64,000 bases of DNA from the human T2T-CHM13v2.0 reference genome, Homo sapiens, in the NCBI RefSeq assembly GCF_009914755.1, contig NC_060925.1. One strand, 5' to 3'. Every line of letters begins with the position of its first letter. Position 1 is the stretch's first letter. This document shows positions 25,340-36,030 of the stretch, in pieces. The notes under the pieces are model-generated. The model made no database searches. It worked only from the letters and a program-made list of their open reading frames with translations, and had not been told where the DNA came from. The position numbers and the translations under genes were made by a program.

Positions 25340-26790
25340 TGCCAGAGGGGGCTCTGGAAGGACGAGCTCAACAAGCCCAAGATCAGGCTGGGTCCCAGGA
25401 GAGCCGAGAGGACAAATGGGCAAGGCCCCAGGGCTCAGCTCCTGCCTTCAGCTTCCACTTCTGCCTCCAGATTCCTGAGTCACTCACAGCACAGCCAGGG
25501 AATAGGCCTGTCTCAGGCATGTCGCTGTGCCTCCTATGCTGTTGCTGCTGTCTTTGCTGCTGGGCAGGTCTCAGGCTCTGGATGGGAGATTCTGGCTGCA
25601 AGTGCAAGAGTCAGTGATAACACAGGAGGGACTGTGTGTCTCTGTGATGTGCTCCTTCTCCTACCTACTGAGGAGCTGGACGAGTCTACCTCAGCCTGTG
25701 GCTACTGGTTCAAAGAAGGGACCAACATAAACATGAGTGCTCTAGTGGCAACAAACAGCTCAAAACAAGTAGTGCAGATAAGCACCTAGGGCCGATTCCA
25801 GCTCATTGGGGATCCCCACTACCAGAACTGCTCCTTGGTGATCAGAGATGTGCAGATGGAGGATACGGCAGTGTACTTCTTTCGGGTGAAGAGAGGAAGC
25901 TTTGTGAGATACAATTTCATGAATACATTCTTTCTGGAACTGACAGCCCTGACTCAGAAGCCTGATGTCTACATCCCCAAGGCCCTAGAGCATGGGAAGC
26001 CAGTGACAGTCATCTATGTGTTTAACTGGGCTTTTGAGGAATGTCCACCCCCATCTTTCTCCTGAATGGGGGAGGCCTTCTCCTCCCAAGGAACTGGAAC
26101 AACAACCTCCCATTTCTCAGTGCTCAACCTCATACTTAGACCCCAGGACCATGACACCTACCACACTTGCTGCATAGACTTCTCCAGAACGGGTGTGAGT
26201 GCATGGTGGACAATCCAACTCTTCGTGGCTTATACCTCTAGGTACCTTGTTATCAGCATTTCCTATGACAATGCACCAACTGAATTGGCCTCATCCCATA
26301 TTTCCTCCAAGAAATCAGGGCCCATGGAGGCGGTGGTTCTGGTGGCCATCAGGGAGGGGGCTGTGAAGATCCTGCTTCTCTGCATCTGCTTCACCTTCCT
26401 CAGTGTCAGTTTTTACAGGAGGAAGGTGATGAGGGCAGCAGTGGGTGTGGAGGCTGCAAACACTGTCACAGGCTAATCCCTCAGGCCTCCAGACTGTGTT
26501 TCCAGATGCCTACTTGTCCAGTTCCTCCACAATCTGAATGGCCATGTTTCCTCTCCATTACTGGAGGATGAGGGGCAAATGCCACAGACTGGACTGAAGG
26601 CCTTGCAGGGTCGGTCCCCTGCTAGACTCTGCTCCTGATCCCTCTTCTCCCTGCATCATCCAATGTCTTCCCACATCCACTGGACCAAGCCTCTGTGACT
26701 CTGAGACTTTGCATGTGTAGTTCCTTCTCCTGAAATGCCCTTCTCTCCCCATCCCTGCCTATCCAGGTCTTGAAAATTATTCAGGCTCAG
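25340..26790 (+). pseudogene. SIGLEC30P: Processed pseudogene of a CD33-related Siglec: Siglec-10-like signal peptide, V-set and C2-set plus Siglec-16-like Lys-containing TM (probably SIGLEC30P)
   Basis: ATG 25536 [27 protein letters not shown]...; [17 protein letters not shown]; [11 protein letters not shown]...[14 protein letters not shown]; [26 protein letters not shown]...AANTVTG, stop 26474-26476. No introns between signal, V and C2 exons. Frameshift ~25683; stops TAG 25787 and TGA 26063. The symbol is inferred from linkage to NTMT2 and is less certain than the family call. Confidence 0.9.
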
Positions 26791-27027
26791 TCTTAAATGA
26801 CACCCTGGGCTGTGTGTATTCATTGTATGGTCTTGATGGAAGAAGGATATTGAATTATGTATTATGTATTCATAGACTCACTCAGCAAGTATTAATGAAC
26901 ATCTGCTATGTGCCAGGATTATCATAAACACCAGAGCAGCATCCATGGAAACAACCTCAAAAGTCTCTGTCATCCAAAGGTCTTGAGTAGATATTTCCTA
27001 CAATATCTAAAAGTGCATTTAGGTTGA

Positions 27028-27428
27028 TATACTGGGTAAAGAAAATGTGGTACATATACACCATGGAATACTATGCAGCCATAAAAAAAGGACGAGATCA
27101 TGTCCTTTGCAGGAACATGGATGGAGATGGAGGCCATTATTCTCAGCAAACTAATGCAGAAACAGAAAACCAAATACTGCACATTCTCACTCGTAAGTGG
27201 GAGCTAAATTATGAGAACACATGGACACATAGAGGGGAACAACCCACACTAGGGCATTTCAGAGGGTGGGAAGAGGGAGAGGATCAGGAAAAATAACTAA
27301 TGGGTACTAGGCTTAATACATGTGTGAGGAAATAGTCTGTACAACAAAACCCCATGACACAAGTTTACCTATGTAGCAAACTTGCATATCCTGCACATGT
27401 ACCCCTGAACCTAAAATAAATGTTAAAA
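27028..27428 (+). mobile_element. Old L1PA (L1PA13-16-like) 3' end fragment
   Basis: aagaaaatgtggtacatatacaccatggaatactatgcagcc...gggtactaggcttaata...gtacccctgaacctaaaataaa. Confidence 0.9.
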
Positions 27429-28016
27429 TTTTTTTTTTGCTTCCAGACATAGTTGTAATACTTATAGTAAGAGGTGAAGAAAGATGTTTGGAACAGGGAA
27501 GTTCTAAATTAGGCAGACATGATGACACTAATCTGGAGATAGATTAAGCATTTGCCTTTAAATTTCATTTAAAATTAATGCTAACATAATGGGGGCAAAA
27601 ATATTTATGGCTTCAAACAAAGGGATAATTTTAAATATTAATGTGATATTCAGGAAAGGATTGCTTTTGGATAATAAATGCACTTGCAAATTAAATTTCA
27701 CTTCTTTGTTTTCAACAAAATTGAGGGAAACAATCAAGTTGTTAGCTCATATAGCATTACAAATAATTTTTGATGATCAATCATATAGAACTTTGGCATG
27801 CACATTAATAAATATAAGTACATGTCTAGGTATACTGTCATAAAATTTCCATTTCCCATAGTATAAGAAATGTTTATCACTATCTACATATTAAAACAAA
27901 TTATAATAGAATTTATGGTGAACCCTGTCTCATTATAGTAGTAAGTTATTTATCCACAAATACATTGCTAATCAAAAATATAAAGCCCCATCTATCTTAT
28001 TAAAAATGCATTTCCA

Positions 28017-30160
28017 GGAACATACCCCAAAATAATAAGCGCTATCTATGAGAAACCTACAGGCAACATTATACTGAATGGGCAGAAGCTGGAAGCATTC
28101 CCCTTGAAAACTGGCACAAGACAAGGATGCCCTCTCTCACAACTATTGAGCATGGGACTGGAAGTCCTAGCCAGAGCAATCAGGCAAAAGAAACAAATAA
28201 AGCGCATCCAAATAGGAAGAAAGCGAGTCAAACTATCCCTGTTTGTAGATGACATGTTTCTATATCTAGAAAACCCTATAGTCTATGCCCAAAAGCCCCT
28301 TCAGCTGACAAACAACTCCTGCAAGATTTCAGATACAAAATCAATATACAAAAATCACTAGCATTCCTATACACCAACAACAGTCAAGTCAAAAGCCAAA
28401 CCAGGAAGACAATCCCATTCACAATTGCCACAAATATAATAAAATACCAAGGAATAGAGCTAACCAAGGAGGTGAAAGTTCTGTACAATGAGAACTACAA
28501 AACATTGCTCAAAGAAATCACAGATGACATAAACAAATGGAAAAACATCCTATGCTCATGAATAGGAAGAATCAATATCATCAAAATGGCCATACTGCCC
28601 AAAGCAATTTATAGATTCAATGCTATTCCTGCCAAACTACCAACAACATTCTTCACAGAACTAGAACAAATTATTTTAAAATTCATATGGAAGCAAAAAA
28701 AAAGAACCCAAATAACCAAGGCAATTCAAGCAAAAAGAACAAAGCTGGAGGCATCATGCCACTCGACTTCAAACTACACTGCAGGGCCACAGTAACCAAA
28801 ACAGTATGGTACTGGTACAAAAACAGGCACATAAACCAATGGAATAGAATAAGAGCCCAAAAATGAGGACACACACCTATGTCCATCTAATCTTCAACAA
28901 AGCTGACAAAAACAAGCAATGAGGAAAAGACTCCCTACTGAGTAAATGGTGCTGGGATAACTGGCTAGCCATATGCAGAAGATTGAAACTGGACGTGTTA
29001 TACCACAGACAAAAATCAACTCAAGATGGATTAAATGTAAAACCCAAAACTAAAAATCCTGGAAGACAACCTAGGCAATACCATTCTGAACATAGGAATG
29101 AGCACAGATTTCATGATGAATACACCAAAAGCAATTGCAACCAAAGCAAAAATTGACAAGTCGAATCGAATTTAAAGAGTTCCTACACAGCAAAAGAAAC
29201 TCAATAGAGTGAACAAGAAACCTACAGAATGGGAGAAAATTTTTGCAAACTATGCATCCAACAGAGATCTAATATCCAGCATTTATAAAGAACTTAAACA
29301 AATAAACAAATTTACAGGAAAAAAACCCATTAAAAAAACACCCCATGGCAAAGGACACAAATAGATACTTTTCAAAAGAAGACATACATGTGGCCAACAA
29401 GGATATGAAGAAAAGCTCAACATCACTGATCATTAGATAAATCCAAATCAAACCACAATGAGATACCATCTCACATTAGTCAGAACGGCTATTAATAAAC
29501 AGTCAAAAAATAACAGATACTGGTTAGTTTTCAGAGAAAAGGAAATGCTTATGCACTGCTGGTGAGAGTGTAAATTAGTTCAAACATTGTGGAAAGCAGT
29601 GTTGAGATTCCTCAAAGAGCTAAAAACAGCACTGCCATTCAACCCAGCAATCCCATTACTAGGTGTATACTCAAAGGAATATAAATCATTCTTAAAGACA
29701 CATAAAGACACATGTATGTGTATGTTCATTGCAGCACTATTCACAAGAGCAAAAACATGGAATCAACCTAAATGCCCATTAATGATAGCCTGTATAAAGA
29801 AAATGTGGTACACATACACCATGGAGCCATAAAAAAGAATGAGATCCTGTTCTTTGCAAGTACATGGATGAAGCTGCTGGCCATTATTCTTAACAAACTA
29901 ACTCAGGAACAGAAAACCAAATACTGCATGTTCTCATTTATAAGAGAACTAAATGATGAAAACACAAGGACACAAAAAGACATCAACAGACAGTGGGGTC
30001 TAACTCAGAATGGAGGGTGTGAGGAGGAAGAGGATCAGAAAAAATAACGAATGGGTACTAGGCTTAACGTCTGAGTGATGAAATCATCTGTGCAACAAAC
30101 TCCCGTGACATGAATTTACCCATAAAACACATGCACATGTACCCCTGAACTTAAAAGAAA
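28017..30160 (+). mobile_element. 5'-truncated L1PA15/16-like element
   Basis: Decayed ORF2 RT/C-terminus and 3'UTR; 15-bp TSD AAAAATGCATTTCCA at 28002-28016 and 30161-30175. Confidence 0.92.
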
Positions 30161-30439
30161 AAAAATGCATTTCCAATAAAAATTTAATTTTATTAAAATT
30201 ATTTATCAAATCTGAAAAATATTGATATTTTGACTTCTTAATTTTGGAGTGATCAGGGTCCTTGGTTATTTGATTATTTTTCTCTATCTAAATTCAGTTC
30301 TTTAAATTTCAAACAGTCTTGGGGATTTAAATTCCATTAGTATGCTACTAACTCCTAAATTTATATCTCTAAGCTTCCTCTAAACTCCAGAATTATGAAG
30401 CCAATTGCTTCCTCAACATCTCCTCTTCTTTTTCAAAAA

Positions 30440-30927
30440 ATTTCAAATTTTTATTTTTTGTGAGTACAAAGTAGATACACACACACACACACACACACGC
30501 ACATATGTACCATATATATGAGTTACATGAGATATTTTGATGCAGGTATGCAATGAGTAATAATCACATCAGGGTACATAGGGTATCCATCACCTTAAGC
30601 ATTTATCCTTTTGGTTTACAACAATCCAATTATACTCTTTTAGTTATTTTTAATTGAACAATTAAATTAATTTTTAATATAGTCACCCTGTTATGCTAGC
30701 AAATACTCAGCCTTATTTATTCTTTCTGGCTATTTTTTGCACCCATTAACCATCGCCTCTTCCCCAGCAACCTTCCACCCCAACTCTGTCTACCCTTCCC
30801 AGCCTCTGGTAACCATCCTTCTCCTCTCTATCTCTGTGAGTTCAATTATTTTAATTCTTAGCTCCCACAGATAAGTGAGAATATGTGATATTTGTCTTTC
30901 TGTACCTGGCTTATTTCACTTAACATC
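30440..30927 (-). mobile_element. L1MA 3' fragment containing (CA)n
   Basis: gggtatccatcaccttaagcatttatcc...ctaccettcccagcctctggtaaccatcc-type L1MA 3' motif; CA repeat ~30476-30500. Confidence 0.8.
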
Positions 30928-31363
30928 TCCATTTGTATGTCTGACATCTTAAACTCCTGAGGTTTCCTCAAAACCTGCTCTACCAACAGCTTTTTATGTT
31001 AGTTGAGGGAAATTCAGCTTTCCCAGTGGTTTGGTCCCTGAGCCTTGACACTGTTCTTGATTATTTTCTTTTCTTTCTTCTTCTTTTTTTTTAATATCCC
31101 ACATTCACACTGTTAAGAAATCCCACGAGTTTTACCTTCAAACTATATCTGGAATCTAATGAACTCTCACTACCCCACTGCTAAAAATGCTAAAAATGGT
31201 TCAAGCCTCCATTCTCTTTTATATGAATTAATGCAGTAGTCTCTTCTCTGGTGTCCCTGAGTCTACAATTCTCACCATATAGTCTATTTTCAATCAATAA
31301 CCAGAATCATCTTGATAAAATACATTATATAATGTCACTCTTTCATAATCCTGCACAGTTAAC

Positions 31364-31798
31364 TGTGATGCTTAATTTTATGTGTCAATTTGGCTGCGCC
31401 ATGGTGCCCAGATAGATGGTCCAACATTATTCTGGAGGTTTCTGTCAGAGTGTTTTTCGATGAGATTAACATTTAAATTGGTGGACTTGAGTAAAGCAGA
31501 TTATCTCTGTAATGTGAGTGAGCCTTGTCCAAACAGTGAAAGGCCTGAATAGAATGAAAGACCAACCTGACCAAGAGGGAGTTCTGCCGACAGCCTTCAG
31601 AACTGAACTGTAGCACTGGCTCTTCGTTGGGTCTCCAGCCTGCTGGCCTGCCTTCCAGATTTTGGACTTGCCAGTCTCCATAATCATGTGAGTCAATTCA
31701 TTAAAATCACCTCTTTTTACTTACACACACACACAAACACACACACACACACACACACACATCTATTCATTCTGTTTTTCTGGAGAATCCCAACAGCA
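31364..31798 (+). mobile_element. ERVL LTR MLT2 (MLT2B-like) with internal (CA)n
   Basis: tgtgatgcttaattttatgtgtcaatttggctg...ggtgcccagat...ttctgtttttctggagaatcc. Confidence 0.85.
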
Positions 31799-32278
31799 CC
31801 ACTTAAAAAGCTTTCCCTTTTAAAATACCAGGATATCTCTTATCAAAACATCTGTTCATTTATCCGGTAAGACAAGAAAAAAGATCAGTTAAAATGAATA
31901 TTTAGGTTTTCTGTTTTTTCTTTATTTTTTTGTGTTTATTTTTCTAATATGTCCCTTTGTCTAAGTTTTCAAAATTATTGACACAAAATATAAATTTTAG
32001 ATTCTCTATTGCCTCTGTGGTCTTGCCCCATTTTTTATTCTTGATATACTATTTGCAACTTCTGTTTTTTCTTTATCAGTATTTCCAGAAATTTGACAGT
32101 TTTATTAATCTTTTAAAAGTATCAGTTGTTAATTTTTAGGTTCTTTCTATTGTTTCTTTGTTTTTTATTATATTAATTTCTGTTTTTATCTTTATATTTT
32201 CCGCTGTTATATGTAGAATGTTTAGTTCATTATTTTTCAACCATTTTTAGCAACGTATTTAATTAAGATTATTCATTA

Positions 32279-32645
32279 CATGGATCACAATCCATCATCC
32301 AAAACCCTTGGTGTCAAATGTGTTTCAGAATTCACTGATTTTAGATTTTAGAGTGGCAATATGGTTTATAAACTCTATATTATAAAAATCTCCCATGGTA
32401 TCTGTGCCAATACTCTGGTCATATCTTGGGTTGGTGCAAAAGTTATTGCGGTTTTTGCCATTACAAAGTAATTACAAAGTAACGGCAAAAACGCAATAAC
32501 TTTTGCACCAATCCGTACATTAAGCTAATAAAGACTATAGTTTGTCTCATATCAGATTGAGTCAGGGTTTCATGTCAAATTTTCTAAAAATTGTTTTTCA
32601 GAGCTTTCGGTAATTCAGAATTACAAATGAGGGATTGCACGCTGT
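32279..32645. mobile_element. Tigger-derived MITE (MER46C-like) hosting a MADE1
   Basis: Termini caatccatcatccaaaacccttgg... and ...ttcagaattacaaatgagggattgcacgctgta resemble recalled MER46C. Confidence 0.55.
32426..32516. mobile_element. MADE1 mariner MITE (miR-548-type hairpin)
   Basis: ttgggttggtgcaaaagttattgcggtttttgcc ... ggcaaaaacgcaataacttttgcaccaatcc inverted repeats. Confidence 0.92.
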
Positions 32646-32789
32646 ATTGCTTTAGGTTTGTCTCAAAAGTGACTCTGTTGTTGCTTAATCCTAAAATGTT
32701 CTAATTTTCAAAATGACTTACTGGTGAACCCATAATGTGGTTAGAAATAAGCTATTTAGTTTCCAATGTATGGAGATTTGGGGGTGATC

Positions 32790-35700
32790 TTTTAATTTTT
32801 TGAGGTATAATACAGATATATGCTCCAATCTTAAGTGTACCATTCAACCAGTTTTGATTAATTGTTTCAGTTGTATAAGTCACACCTGCATCAAGACAGA
32901 ACAGTTTCATCATCACCTCAGAAAGTTCCTTTGTGCACCTTCCCAATCAGTTTCCTCCCTATAATCTGATCTGATTTCTACCACCATAAATTCATTTTGT
33001 CTATCCTAGACTTTCTTATAAGTAGGATCAAACAGTATGTAGTTTTTGTATGAGGGATTCTTTCACACAGAAAAATGTGAGAATTATCCATGTTGTTGCA
33101 TGTATCATTACTTTGTCCCTTTTTATTGCTGAATAATATTCCTTTCAATATACCATATTCATTTTGTGCCTATTAGAAACTGAATTTCTATAAACAAGGG
33201 TTTTTTGGACATATGCTTTCATTTTTCTTAGTTAAGTACCCATGAATTGAATTGATGTGTTACATGGTAGATACATATTTAACCTTTTAAGAAACACCAG
33301 TTTTCTGAAGAAATTGTATCATTTTGCATTCTCAACAATAATGTATTAGATTCTAGTTGCTACTAATCTTCTCTAATATTTGATGTAAATTGTTTTTATT
33401 TTTGCCATTCTTGTATAAGAACCACAATCTTATTGTTGTTGTAATTTGCATTTCTCTAATCACTAATGATGTTGAAGACTTTCTTATGTGCTATATACCA
33501 CTTGTATATCTTCAGTTAAGCGTTTGCTCAAGTCTTTTAATCATTTTTTTTGTTGTTTTTGTTTTGTTATAGAGTTGTGTTTTCATATATTTTATATGTA
33601 ATTCTCTTGCAGATATATATGAATATTTTCTTCAGTCTATGGCTTGCCTTTTCATTTACTTACTGGAATTTTTCAATGAGCAGAAGGTTTTAAAAATTTG
33701 ATGAATCCCAATTTATTATTTCTTCTCTTTGTAATTCATGCTTTCTTTGTCCACTCTAAGCAATCTTTGCCTACAAAAGTCATAAAGATACTTTCTTCTG
33801 CTGTTTTTTCTAGAAACTTCATGGTTTTAGCTTTTCTATTTAGTTCTATGATGAATCTCATTAATTTTTGTGCATTGAGGGAACGGGGGAGTCCAGGTTT
33901 TTTGCTCATATGATTATCCAGTTATTCTAGCTCCATTTGTTGAAGACATTTTTCACTCCCAGTTGAATTATTTCAGTGCGTTTGTAAAAATAACTTGACC
34001 GTACATGTGTGGATCCATTTCAGGACTCTCTCTTCTGTTCTATTTTCTATCTATCCTTTCACCAGTGGCACACTCTTTTGATTACTGTAGCTTTAAAAAA
34101 GTTTTCAAATAAGGTAGTATGAGTTCTCCAATGTTATTCTTTGTTTTGAAGATTGTTTTGGCTATTTTAGATCCTTTGTGATTTTCATATGTATGTTCTC
34201 ATCACTTTGTCAATGTATATTTAAAAGCATGCTGGGAGCTGGGATTTTGATTGAGATTGTGTTGAATCTGAATCGATATGGTAGGGAGGAGGGAATTGAT
34301 TGATAGCTTTGTTTTATTTAATACTGCTTCATTTATTTAAGTCTACTTTAATTTCTTTCAGCAATGTTTTATACTTTTTAGTTAAGAGGTATTACAACAT
34401 CTTTTAATAAATTGTTAAATTTATCCCCAAGAATTTATGTTTCTTCATGCTATTGTAAATCGTATTTTAACTCTTTTTTTCTAATTGCTACAAACACTGG
34501 CCATCAGAGAAATGCAAATCAAAACCACAATGAGATACCATCTCACACCAGTTAGAATGGCAATCATTAAAAAGTCAGGAAACAACAGGTGCTGGAGAGG
34601 ATGTGGAGAAATAGGAACACTTTTACACTGTTGGTGGGACTGTAAACTAGTTCAACCATTGTGGAAGTGTGGCGATTCCTCAGGGATCTAGAACTAGAAA
34701 TACCATTTGACCCAGCCATCCCATTACTGGGTATATACCCAAAGGACTATAAATCATGCTGCTATAAAGACACATGCACACGTATGTTTATTGCGGCATT
34801 ATTCACAATAGCAAAGACTTGGAACCAACCCAAATGTCCAACAATGATAGACTGGATTAAGAAAATGTGGCACATATACACCATGGAATACTATGCAGCC
34901 ATAAAAATGATGAGTTCATGTCCTTTGTAGGGACATGGATGAAATTGGAAATCATCATTCTCAGTAAACTATCACAAGAATAAAAAACCAAACACCGCAT
35001 ATTCTCACTCATAGGTGGGAATTGAACAATGAGATCACATGGACACAGGAAGGGGAATATCACACTCTGGGGACTGTTGTGGTGTGGGGGGAGGGGGGAG
35101 GGATAGCATTGGGAGGTATACCTAATGCTAGATGATAAGTTAGTGTGTGCAGCGCACCAGCATGGCACATATATACATATGTGACTAACCTGCACAATGT
35201 GCACATGTACCCTAAAACTTAAAGTATAATAAAAAAAAAAGAAATGCTATTTATTTTTGTATATTGATTTTATAGCATACATTGTTAAAATCATATATTA
35301 AGTCTAGTAGTTTTCTTATAGATACCTTAGGAGGTTTTACATAAAGAATCATGTCATTTGCAAATAAAGATGACATCACTTTTTCCCAATTTCTATGATT
35401 TTTTCTCTTTTGTACAAGCTAGGATCTCTAGTATAAATTTCAGTGAAAATGATTGGAGTGGACATTTTTGTTTTTTCTTAGAAAGCACTCACTATTAAAT
35501 ATACTATTAACTGTAAATATTTTGTAGATGCATTACAAATATTTTGCAGGAGTTTCCTTCTAGCATTTGTTTGCTATAAGTCTCTATCATAAATATGTGG
35601 GATATGTTTTCTATATCTATTGAAATGATTATAAGATTTTTCTTCTTTAATTATATAATGTGGTGAGTTATTTTGAGTAACTTTCAAATGTTAAGTAAAC

Positions 35701-36030
35701 TTTGTATTTTGGTGCCAAATTCAATTAGTTACGGTTTGGTATGCTTTTTATGTATTACTGGATTTAATTTGCTAACATTTTGTTAAGGATTTTTGCATCT
35801 ATATTCATAAAGTATATTCATCTGCAGTTTTCTTTTTTTTTTCTTTGTCTGGCTTTAGTATCAGGAGAATGCTAACCTCATAAAAAATAGCTGTTAAGTA
35901 TTTCTTTATTACTTATTATAACGGTATTCCTCAGACCGTTAAGCATTTCCTCTATTTTTGAAATATTTATAAAATCTTAGTGTTATTTCTTCTTTAAATA
36001 TTTGGTAGAATTCACCAGTACGTCCTTCTG
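32790..36030 (-). mobile_element. Ancient L1M (L1MD/ME-like) 3' and ORF2 remnant, interrupted by a young L1
   Basis: Degenerate L1 antisense motifs (tttaatttgcatttctctaatcactaatgatgttga-type; gattactgtagcttt; atcatgtcatttgcaaataaaga). Confidence 0.75.
34495..35240 (+). mobile_element. 5'-truncated L1PA2-like element
   Basis: Near-consensus ORF2 C-terminus ([20 protein letters not shown]) and 3'UTR gagatcacatggacacaggaaggggaatatcacactc; poly(A) tail. Confidence 0.95.

Noticed and set aside
25536-26476. Functional SIGLEC retrogene
   Set aside because: Frameshift ~25683, stops at 25787 and 26063, and loss of a C2-set cysteine (VTVIYVF) rule out a full-length protein.
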